From assembly GCA_002811645.1 (NCBI GenBank), contig PDIP01000030.1, positions 263,177 to 327,176 on the forward strand: a stretch of DNA of 64,000 bases. The letters are read 5' to 3'. Shown here piece by piece: positions 10,461-20,913 of the stretch. Source of the stretch: Corallochytrium limacisporum Hawaii. Its lineage: Eukaryota; Protista; Pluriformea. A program made the translations under genes and the position numbers. Under the pieces are notes generated by a model. It saw only the letters and a program-made list of their open reading frames with translations. It was not told the origin of the DNA and ran no database searches. Position 1 is the first letter of the stretch, and every line of letters begins with the position of its first letter.

Positions 10461-11309
10461 CTGTTCTTCTTGTGATCCTGAGTAGCTGAAATAGCTATAA
10501 GAAGTAATATTAAACCGTCTGCAAAGATGAGAGTATAATTAAGCCTGTGCCAGACCGAAAGGCTTACTGCACACTACAGTATCCTAGTCAGTGTCGAAGC
10601 TCTCAACCGTTACATATGACCTGAGAACACACAGGAGTACTGCGAAGGCATGGCAGTCCGGTCATGGATGCTGCTCAACAAGCTTTGGGCCATTGGGTAC
10701 CACTGGGATAGGGTCCTTTGTGAGGCGAGCCAGAACACTACGTCCATAGATTTAGTATTGCTCTAGATTGTCAGTACATTAGCAACCAAATTATCATATC
10801 ATTTCTATTTTGCGTATATTCACTACTGACATCAACCCTTCCAAAGAAGTCCTTAAATTCCCAGATTGGGCCCCTCTCTCCGGAATTGTAAAAAAAACTG
10901 TGAGAACTTCGAGCACGTGACGTATGCCACAGTGTTGTGTGTGTTTTTAGTTTATGTGTGTTTTCTGGTTTGCTGGTTGGGGTGTGCGGGGAGGGGTGGG
11001 GACCGAGAGGCTGAGCCAATGCAATGGGGCTTGAAGGGAGACGCCATCATTGGGTCCTTTTGCGCGCAATGAGCGGGTCTCACCACTACGCCAGAAGTGT
11101 GATATAACCAGCTGGGTACCAGCTACTTCAACAAACTGCTCCAACCTGACACTTGTGCTTGTTCCTGAACCTGCTTGGCAAGACTTGCATTAAGGAAGAG
11201 TCCGAATAGAATAACAAGAGCGGCATACAACTGGACGCGGATGATGATTATGTAGGTACTCCCTCGATCTAGAGTAATAGATCTGTGGCCGGCACCTGGA
11301 ATTTCCACA

Positions 11310-13643
11310 ATGTACGAGCCGTGGCAGGACTACGAGCATGCTGGTTCTGATCAGAACACTGAAAGATTAGCAAACGCCATTCTTAGAAACCGGTTTACAA
11401 GATGCTTGTTGGGTGGTTTCATAGCGTCCTGTTACTTTCAGGACATCACGGAAGCCGGAGCACAGTATGAGATGGCGTTGCATATTTTGGAAGAGAACCT
11501 ATCGCATTGGACTATTGCCAATCTTGCTGAGATTTTCTCAATCAATAATGAACAGAGCTCACACGAGCAGGCCGGAATGATTGACGAGAAGATGTTTTCC
11601 CTCATGGTCGAAGTGTACAAATCAGTCCTAGACTGCCTGGCTATACTATCAGACCCTTCGTCTGCTCCTGGGGTAGGCTGGGGCATGTGTGCTGAAAAAC
11701 TCGGTGAGAAAGTAGAGGAATGGGTGAACGTTCAGTACGATACTACTGATCCTGAACTGATCAAGATCTATAGCTGTTTACGCTTCGGGGAGGTCACAAT
11801 CGATGAACACTCTGAATCTAGTGGTCCGGAGAAGGTACCCATTGGTGTAGCTCTGGTGCATAGTCTCTTCGGTCTTATGATGACTGCCAATGATGAAATG
11901 CGTTATCATGCAACTCGCTTTGTGTGCTGTATTGCTATGCATCGGAGACCCCAAGATAGCGGCAGTGTCGGTGATTTGCGGGGGTTTCTGGACTCTAAGA
12001 AGGTTGACCGTCTACCGTTGCCTCCTATCCTTCGTCTTCCTTTGAGAGCGGGCTCTCCAAGCAGAGGATCGCAGGTGGGTGGGCCTCAGGACCTATTGAA
12101 TTCACAATTCAGCTTTGTGAATCCGTTCTCGGGGAATGGACTCGCTTCTCTCTGTGGTGCATTGTACAGTGCGGGCTCCGATGTGCCAAACTGGTGCAAT
12201 GTTCCCGGTCTCACTGAGCGCTTGGCTGGTGGACCATTGACCGTTCGCAATTTGAAGATCACCGAAGCATTACAGATCGCAGCCGCGGCGAACCATGCCA
12301 TTTCATTGGATGTTACTACGGTACCAAAGATTGCTGCTAGTGTTGCGGGACTGGTGCCAGATGTGTGGGAGTGGATTTTGACTCAGATGCGGGAATCCTA
12401 CGGAGGAGATCCTTTGTTTTTCCGATTAAGCACACGGAGCCCTAAGGATTCATTCAGTACACTAAGCGTACCTCAGTCGAAAAACGTGCGCGCGAGAACC
12501 TTCAGCAGCGACTTTAGCAACAGCGAAGATGAAAGAGTACCGGAACATCGGGATGACCTAGTACACATTAATTCCATGTTGGCATGGATGAAAGACACCC
12601 ACAAATCCGCGCGGTTCCACTATCAGCTACCCGAACACAATTCCAATGAAGATCCGACTCTGAAGGTCAACACTTGGTCCGAAGATGGCTTGCAGGGTGC
12701 TCGACATAGTACGCTCCAGTCTGAGGTAATGAGTCCTCTTGGTGTACTGGTAATGATGTTGATCAGCAAGCGCATGTACCGAGATCTCTCTGAAGCCCTT
12801 CTGTGCGAAGTGGACCTCAGCAGCAATGTTCGTCTAAAACGTCAGAGTGTGGCGGTCCTACCTGCCCGTAAACTGACAGGCAAAGATGTCGTCGAGACCA
12901 CGCAGGCGTGGGAGGCTTTGGGCGCCACAAGCGAGGACAAATGGGATGAGTCTGATGGAGAGGACGATGTGGAGGTGAGCAAAACCGAGTCTCGTTCCAG
13001 TAAATTAGAGGTGGCAGAGACCTTGGGTGATGTAAATCCGGACACCGAGTTGGCAATCTGCCTGCGTCGGCATGTTAAGGTGATGCCAGACACCGAAATT
13101 CGTGCATTCGTTTACAATCGCAAGGTTACAGCTCTCTGTCAAACGCAAGCAAACCACCCAGTATTGTGGCGTACTGTGGGATACTGGGAACGGGCGTTCC
13201 ACACTACACTGGCTGCCTTGTATCTCTCTGGTGGCATTCTTGAAGCTCTACCTTTCGACGACTGCATTCTAGATCTGTGGCTGAACCCAGCTGCCGGCGG
13301 CCTCGACGAGGCTGTGCAGATCATCGAGGTCAATGCATTCGGTACCGTCCTGTTCAACCGTCTGTATGACTGGGGTAGGGATGCTGACCTCTTATACCGG
13401 GGCTTGACAGGATGCTTCAACACGCGTAGTTTCACCAATATGATTGTCGGGGAGGATGCTGAGGTCAAAGACCCCATCCTCATGGCAAATGCTTACGAAG
13501 CGTACACGAACTGGACCAATGGCACCAAGGACACAGCGCCCGACTCCTGCCCGGACATGCCGCAATTCGTGTCTTGTCGAATTGTTGGTGAGAACGGCCA
13601 TCCGCTCGAGATCGGCCCTATTGCCAACATTTACCGGTGCTAG
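11310..13643 (+). CDS. Cdc123/D123-related (R2K clade) ATP-grasp protein with N-terminal extension
   Basis: Motifs FFRLSTRSPKD, ICLRRHV..EIRAFVYNRKVTALCQ, CILDL, IIEVNAFG..LYDW match the Cdc123-like ATP-grasp pattern. 777 aa with acidic inserts. Confidence 0.75.
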   Translation: MYEPWQDYEHAGSDQNTERLANAILRNRFTRCLLGGFIASCYFQDITEAGAQYEMALHILEENLSHWTIANLAEIFSINNEQSSHEQAGMIDEKMFSLMVEVYKSVLDCLAILSDPSSAPGVGWGMCAEKLGEKVEEWVNVQYDTTDPELIKIYSCLRFGEVTIDEHSESSGPEKVPIGVALVHSLFGLMMTANDEMRYHATRFVCCIAMHRRPQDSGSVGDLRGFLDSKKVDRLPLPPILRLPLRAGSPSRGSQVGGPQDLLNSQFSFVNPFSGNGLASLCGALYSAGSDVPNWCNVPGLTERLAGGPLTVRNLKITEALQIAAAANHAISLDVTTVPKIAASVAGLVPDVWEWILTQMRESYGGDPLFFRLSTRSPKDSFSTLSVPQSKNVRARTFSSDFSNSEDERVPEHRDDLVHINSMLAWMKDTHKSARFHYQLPEHNSNEDPTLKVNTWSEDGLQGARHSTLQSEVMSPLGVLVMMLISKRMYRDLSEALLCEVDLSSNVRLKRQSVAVLPARKLTGKDVVETTQAWEALGATSEDKWDESDGEDDVEVSKTESRSSKLEVAETLGDVNPDTELAICLRRHVKVMPDTEIRAFVYNRKVTALCQTQANHPVLWRTVGYWERAFHTTLAALYLSGGILEALPFDDCILDLWLNPAAGGLDEAVQIIEVNAFGTVLFNRLYDWGRDADLLYRGLTGCFNTRSFTNMIVGEDAEVKDPILMANAYEAYTNWTNGTKDTAPDSCPDMPQFVSCRIVGENGHPLEIGPIANIYRC

Positions 13644-16022
13644 CGTTGGCTTTGTAGAGCATGTCCTCGTCGCCGCCTAGTCTTCGGGGGTCAGCACCGC
13701 CACCGGGGGGACTTCCTGAGGATGAAGTCGAGAGCCAAACGGGTAAGTATCATGAACTGGAAGACCGGGGGTTCTACAATCATTTGAGACAAGCTTTGCG
13801 CGGATGTTACTTTCTATCTTGAGTGTCCGATGACGGCAAAAAACTGATTTAATGAGACTGAGCAACGCAAATAAGTTAGAACCTTACGAAATTACCAGAG
13901 CTGAACATTGTCGCTAACAACTCGAAAGTCCTTCCCTTCATGCAGGTACGTCATGTTGTTCGAACACGAATTTCATGTTAACTTCATTGCTTTTGCGGGC
14001 CCATTTCCTAAACACGTGCGACTGTGCAATTAACATCGCATCCAACTTGCATCGTGCAGCCTACGACAGCGGGCATGAACCCCCACTGATGAGAAAGTGT
14101 TGGTTAGGTTTACAGTTAGAGTCCCGTGCCTCTACAGCTACATGAGTCGATCGGATCAATGAGGGGTAAAGGGACCTCCCTACCAAGACGCTTCTCACCC
14201 TCGACCTGTGAAGTTCCATAGCTTTGATGTCGCATCCAGGTGGCAAATCCCTACATACATGCTTGCCGCCGCGGACATGAATCGACTAGTCAATCACCGT
14301 CCTAGCACATCCTGGCACGCTCCTGAGTCGAATTAAGGAACAGGGCACCTGTAACTGCGATGTCTGAATTTGCAAGCCAAAGGTGGTGTGTGTCTACCCC
14401 CTTTATGCTTGGCGGCTTCTCATTCCTCTGTAGGGCTTGGTAGTGTGAGTAGGTGTGGCTTTTGAAGTCTTCCCGTGTATTGCGTAAGGCGTTACGTACA
14501 CCCAGTCAATTTTCACATGGTAAATAGATTCGAGTTCATTCCTTCGATACCAGACAATGATTGGGATATTCCACAATCCCATCGTAGGATCCATAAGTGC
14601 AATGTGGGCCTAGCGCTTCACATCCGTAACTATACGAGTCCATGGGACTCAGGGCACAGGCTGAAAGGACAGGGACGGAGTAATCTGTGATGATGGGTTC
14701 TGTTACAAAGCCAATGGGAGGCCAATTGACGCATAACATTCTACGCAGTATGTGTTCAGTATGTCGTAGCCCAGGATGTCCACACTAGCCAAGGGCGAAG
14801 TGTCCAGTTAGCCCCATACACTGCGATGATAAATCTCTCCGCCCGCATCCCATAAGTGCTGAACTGATGGGAATGCAGATCCGGCTGACTTCTGCCAGGC
14901 ATGACCTGGTCCGTTCATATCTTACGTCTGTTAACAGGAGTGGGTAAAGTTGATGATGCTCGGGTGATGACGCTTGGCCAGAATTCAACTCTCTGCGCTG
15001 TCAGTAGGACTGTGCCTCCTAGTTCTGATACCCCATCACCACACAGATCTAAGAGGCAAGATGCCGAGATAGAGGGAGAGGGATTTTGTGTGTGCCGGAA
15101 GAAACGAGATAGTGCACCTCGGTGCATGTCCGCCTTGTTGTCCCACACATAGCAAGCCATCTGACCAAACGAGCCAACCGAGGAACCGGCCACGAATTTC
15201 GCCAGCCCATCCCAGCGCGGTACGTACGCTTGCATTCGTTGTCGAATGCACCCCCCCTCTACCCCTCCCCCTTCCCCCGTTTTCTTCGTCTCTCTCCCCC
15301 CCCCCGGGGACCACCGCTACCTGCTGATCTGCCATCAACAAAGGGCACATATCCCCAATAATCAGGAAGAAACCATTCATTCAGTACCCAAATTTTGATC
15401 TCCATCGACGGACAGTCCTATGAGACTTGCCTGGCTGATCTGCGATCTCAGGGTGGTGGTGGGAAGACGGGAGAGCTTGGCCCCGTTTTTCGGCGTTGTT
15501 GTGTTTTTCTTTGTGTTTTATTTCATAACCGGCCAAGCTCGCTTTGCGGGAGTACGGGTCCGGTCTTTTAGTCTCTCCCCCGACCCCCGGGGGGGGGGGC
15601 GGGGGGGGGGGCAGGGCTCTTGCTTTTCTTCGGTCGTGTTGCCTCCCCTGCTCAGACACCGTTGGAAACAAAAACCCACACACGCGAGACACTCGGAGGG
15701 AGTATGGACAAAACACACTCACAGTCATCCGCCCTCGGGCCATTTTTATACATTTTCGACTCTTTGAAGTGCTGGACTACTCCTGCGGGGCACGTACACA
15801 CACACACACTCTCTCTCTCTCTTCTCAGTTCCGACTGTGCGGAGGAAGCGGTGGTCGGTCTCCCCGGTGACCCCCCCTCCCCCCGGGGGTGTGCGTGCCT
15901 ACTTTTTTGCCCGGTGTTTCTGCGCAGTAGTCCTCCCCCCCCCTCTCGGCCCGGCGTGCCGGGGGAGGGGGGAGGTGTCCCAGAGGGGAGAGAGACGGTC
16001 GGCACAAGGGGGACTCTGTGTT

Positions 16023-16042
16023 CCCCCCCCCCGGGGGGGGGG
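16023..16042. repeat. Perfect C10G10 palindrome within a homopolymer-rich promoter-like island
   Basis: cccccccccc gggggggggg read directly. Similar elements at 15584-15611, 22922-22945 and 26926-26947. Confidence 0.9.
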
Positions 16043-17243
16043 CCATACACACCTGCCCGCGGGCTGGAAATGCCGGATTTCTATAATGAATGTAGCAATG
16101 GTCGAGTTCTCATCTGACGTGATTGTACCCTAAATCTAGCGGATGGTAGGTTGCTGACAAGGTGTTCGTCGGCAACAAAAAAACCGGTGATTTCCGCCGA
16201 GTCCCGCCGAGTTTCGCGGTTCTGTCACTATCGAACAGCGAGTAGCCAGGACGAGAGCCGGGCTCGAATACCGAGCGAAGCCACCATGGACGGCCCGTGT
16301 AATATTGCATTAATGGGTTTATCTGGACGGCGGAATTCCCTTGGTCTCTCGTCTTTGGGAAGGTGCGGTGGGGAGTGCAGCACGAGAGGCCAAAGGAGAC
16401 GAAGCCCAGAAATGTAAACTTAGGCTGTGTGACAGAGTAATACACCGGCCCGGCGCGCGGAAGAGAGCGCACGGACGACACCCACAAAATAAAAACAAAT
16501 GCCGGCCCGGGGCGCGCCTTCCTCCCTGCCTTTTTTCCTTCCCCAGGGAAAAAGAAAAAGAAAGAAAAGCCAGACGCCGGCCGAAGGGTCCGGTAGTTTT
16601 TGTATACCGGAACCAAAGTTGCAGAGTTTCTTGGGCGATTCGTTCCTCCCGTGACCTTCCCCTGGCCCGCCTGGCTTTCCCATTGGACCCGTGCCCAATG
16701 TCCGAGACCAAAGATTTAGTATGAGCATGGTATGGAACGCCATAGCAAGCCAGCCTATGCGGTCAATGTTCCCGCTAACTTTATATCACCGTGCATGTTC
16801 ACAGCACCCATACTCGACATTCTCATGTCGAAAGATAAGAACTTGGACATGTACAAGATACTGGCTTTCACAAGGTGGCGCTGTCAATTGTAGGGTAAAT
16901 ACGCTCAGGCCCAGCGCGTCGGGAACTCCTCCTGATTTGCTGATCCATGATGACAACAAACGATATTCTGGCTGGGTGATAAGGGGCTTGTAGTATATTT
17001 ATCGCTCTCTACCCAAGAACATCTTCTCTGGGTGTCCTGCAGCACTCGTGTGCCTTTTCCTTTTTGCCTTTTTCTCGCAGTGTGCCCAAACACACACGGC
17101 ATCCAATCCCCCGCCAAGGCAGCCATGCGTAGACGGAACCGGAGTTAGTGAACAGCCCCCTACTTTCTTCCCCCCCCCCCAAACCGCCACAGGCACACCC
17201 CCGTCGTCTATTTGCTCCGCGCCGCCTTGGGTTCCAACGTGCC

Positions 17244-17443
17244 CTCTCTCTCTCTCTATCTGCCTCTCCCCCCCCCTCCTCTCTCCCCTATTTTCCGCTC
17301 CTCCCTGGGCTCACTGCCCCCCTCGCTGTTGCACGCTTTTTGCTCTCCGTACCTTTCTCTCGCTCCCTCGGCTTTCTCTCTCTCCCTCTCCCTCTCTCTC
17401 TCTCTCCGTGTCTTCTCGCTCGTCTTTCCTGTTTTCTCTCTCT
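17244..17443 (+). repeat. (CT)n / polypyrimidine tract upstream of the CCR4-family gene
   Basis: Multiple ctctctctct and poly-C runs. Confidence 0.8.
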
Positions 17444-18204
17444 CGAACACTGGATGGCACCAAGTTCGGCGCTCCACCACTCTTCTCAGGGGTGTGTTTC
17501 GTTGAATGACGGGACGGTGTGTGATGATGGAAACCGTGCCTGGACAACTCGACAAATGTTTCAGAGCCTTTCCGATTGTTTCATTTTCTAGACTAATTCT
17601 GCCGGACAATACTCTGTTCACGATCGCACAGCTCGAGTATGTGGAAGGGGAGAGACCAGTAACAGCCAGCAGGTTCGGTGGAGCACACTGGGCCTTCGGA
17701 AGGGTTGTCCCCCGTGCACGTTAGCAGGGACACCAAGTGTGGATTCGGCACCTTGGAGGCCGGCAATCAATTGGAGAACGAAAATGACGTACTGAGTGTT
17801 GCTGTGGCATCAGAAGCTAACGGCTGGATTGGGTTTTGCAACCCTGGGATTGAATCCAGATCCAGTCAGGTTCTTCAGGTCCCCGGCCTATGGCACCATA
17901 CGAAATAACAGATCTTACATTAATAGTGGGCTAGAGATACCTTTCTGGAAAGCGGGAAATGGTTTTTGACCGACTAGTTACCCAGTCGAACTATCCCAGA
18001 GTGGTTTGCAAGCACGACATACAAAAGGGGACTTGATTTTGATTTGATATTTAGAATAGGTAGAAAGGGACAATCGCTTAAACAGTGGTCAGCAATGTCA
18101 TCTAAATCAACCAGCCAAGATGGCTAACCAAGGTCCGTCCGAAAATAGGACATTAAAGATCTGACAGTGATATTTCGGAGAATTTAATATAGAACATCCA
18201 AAGC

Positions 18205-18264
18205 ATGGATGACGAGCAGGACTTTATGGCGCAGTTCACCGAACGGCGAACGATGCCGCGGGGA

Positions 18265-18345
<81 letters not shown>

Positions 18346-20913
18346 AGAGGGTCCACAGGGTTCGCGTCATACCCTTCAATATCGTCCACATCCTCATCAG
18401 CATCACAGATACTGCAACAGGATTTTTTGAGTGGGCAAAGCAGTTCCACCTATTCCAGTAAGGGATCGATTGGCCGACGAATGTCCTTGGGAAGTACCAG
18501 TGCGTTCTCGTCGGTGAGTTCATCATCACCGGTGGGCCAGCAGCCACAGCAACCTAGTCCACGCCGTCGCAGTGACTATTTCCCGCCGTATTCGGGATCT
18601 TCTGGGTCATTGACTCAGCAGCCGTCATCACAACAGTCGCAGTCACAGTCACAGTCGCAGCAGCAGCAGCAGCAGACTAGTTTCCGCGGATACCGTGGAC
18701 AACCGGGACGAGACTTCGCCTTGGACCCTGCCCATGGCGGTACCTTTACGCAGAGCAGTAGCTCCGGACCGAGTGGGAGCGGCACAACTCCATCTTCGTC
18801 GGCAGTACTGGGAACCAGCAGCGGCGGTCCCAGCCATTACGCATCCAGACCGCATCAACACCCACTGCACAACCGCCGTTGGATGGTCAACAAACGCTTG
18901 AGCAAGAAATGGCGTAATCCTGATGTCAAGTTCCGACTGGTCAGTTACAATGTACTCGCGGAGGCATACACTACTGGACCAGAGGCAGACAATTACGTCC
19001 ACGTCTCATCGGAGGTCCTCTCTTGGGAATACCGCAAGAAGCTCCTGCTGAAGGTCATTGATGACCACGACGCCGACGTCCTTTGTCTGCAGGAAGTGGA
19101 CCATTTCTACGACTTTTACGAGCCTGAAATGACCAAGCGTGGCTACGGTGGACTTTACATGCGGCGCAGTGGCAGCCGTCCAGATGGCTGTGCCGTCTTC
19201 TGGCGCAGGAGCAAATTTGAAATGCGCCGCCACTTGGGCATCGAATTCAACAAAGCCGTGCCGAAGTACTTCCCAGAACTGGCTTCCCGGGAAGGGCGCG
19301 TGGTTGGTGAGGGAGATCAAATGATCACATCGTCTGGTAGTGAACTAGGAACTGCTGGACAGCCGCAGACACTGAAACGGCATCACCAGTCGAACACAAT
19401 CTATACGGACAACGTCGCGCAGGTGGTTTGGCTCCGACCAATCGAAAAGCACAGCTTAGTTTCTTCATCCTCGGGGAGTGCTGTGAGCATGACAGACCCA
19501 ACTACATCATCGAGAACCTATCCCGCCTGTTATGATGTGATGATCGCGAACGCGCATTTGTACTGGGACCAGAACTGGCCCTTGTTGCAGCTTCTGCAGG
19601 CGTACGTCCTGCTCAAGCAGCTCGAGGAGACGCTGACTCCAGGTATGCCGCTCGTCATTGCGGGGGATTTCTGCTCCCAACCCGAGTCAGCCGTTTACGA
19701 CCTGTTCCGAACCTGCAGGGTCGGTGCCGAGGACGACGCCTGGGGCGACGACCCATGGCACATCCGACGCGAACTTCTCAATCCGTTCGATACACAGTCC
19801 AGCTACTCGGTCGTGTCCAAGCAATCCACGGAACCAATCTTTACGAAAATGACAGCTGACTTCAAGGGTGCCCTGGACTACATCTGGTACGCTCGTGGCC
19901 ACATCAAGCCACTCAAGGCCCTGCCCATCCCAGATGAGGAGCTGGTTAGCTTCTTCGGCGGACTGCCCAACCGTGAACTCGGCAGCGATCACATTTCCCT
20001 GTGTGTCGACTTCAGCTGGAACTACGCGGATGAAACGACCGCGGGCGTGGCTGAGGGATTGGAGCGCGAGGAGAGTCTACCGCTGCACAGCGACGAACGC
20101 GACGCATTGATGGCGCAGCAGCAAATGCGAACCTCTAAGCAGTCGCTCCAGCAGCGCCAGCAGCAACAAGAGAGGGTACCGTTACAACAGTCGCTGTCAC
20201 AGCCAGCGTTACCGCAACAGCAACCTGCGTCCATCTTTGCTGCACCACAGCAGCAACCGCCCTCGCAGCAGCCCTCCTTACAGCACGGTGCGCTCCGTCG
20301 CAACATCAGCGCCGGGCCGCAGCTGGCCCCGGCCTCCGCGGCAGTGGGTACCAGCCTCGGCCTCGGCGCGATAGGGTCCTATGAAAAACCTCGGATGTTC
20401 GCACCACCCATGCAGCGTGGTGGGTTCCAGAGTTTCTCACAGGCACCAGGTGGTTCTTCCTCTGCTGCACCTGGTCGATCGTCGCAACATCATCAGCAGC
20501 AAGGAGATTCCAATATGCAGTCGCTCTTTAGCGTGGAACCAATCTCCTCTGCGATTGACTTTGTGCGCATGAGCGATGACTTTGGTGAACATCAGCCGAT
20601 GTCATCAACGCATCACTACTCACCCATGCACCACCATGCACAGCAGCAGCCACAACAGCAGCAGCAGCAGCAACAACAACAACAGCAACAACACCATCAA
20701 CCGTACCATCAACAACAATCGCAACATCAGCAGCCACTGCAACAAATGCAACAGCAGCGCATCAGTGGCAGCACCGGGACCGGGCCCATCGGAGGCGGCA
20801 CTGGAGGCACCTCCCAGGCACCCGGAGGCAACGTCAAAGGCCACCGTTTCAGCAGCGCACCTGGTAGTGAGCGGCGTGGAAGTCAGCAGTCGAATCCATT
20901 CGACTTTCCTTGA
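18205..20913 (+). CDS. CCR4/nocturnin/Angel/PDE12-family EEP (exonuclease-endonuclease-phosphatase) protein with polyQ/Ser-rich disordered termini
   Basis: SYNVLA, WEYRK, LCLQEVD, DGCAVFW, NAHLYWD, AGDFCS, LDYIWY, GSDH. No LRR domain visible. Confidence 0.9.
18265..18345 (+). repeat. (CAACAG)13+CAA perfect hexamer repeat encoding Q27
   Basis: Read directly; in frame within the CCR4-family CDS. Confidence 0.95.

Noticed and set aside
14964-15028. C/D box snoRNA (GTGATGA..CTGA)
   Set aside because: Weak terminal stem and no rRNA-complementary guide that I could recognise.
18153-18547. Poly-Cys and poly-(Ala-Val) ORFs
   Set aside because: Antisense shadows of the (CAACAG)n polyQ repeat.
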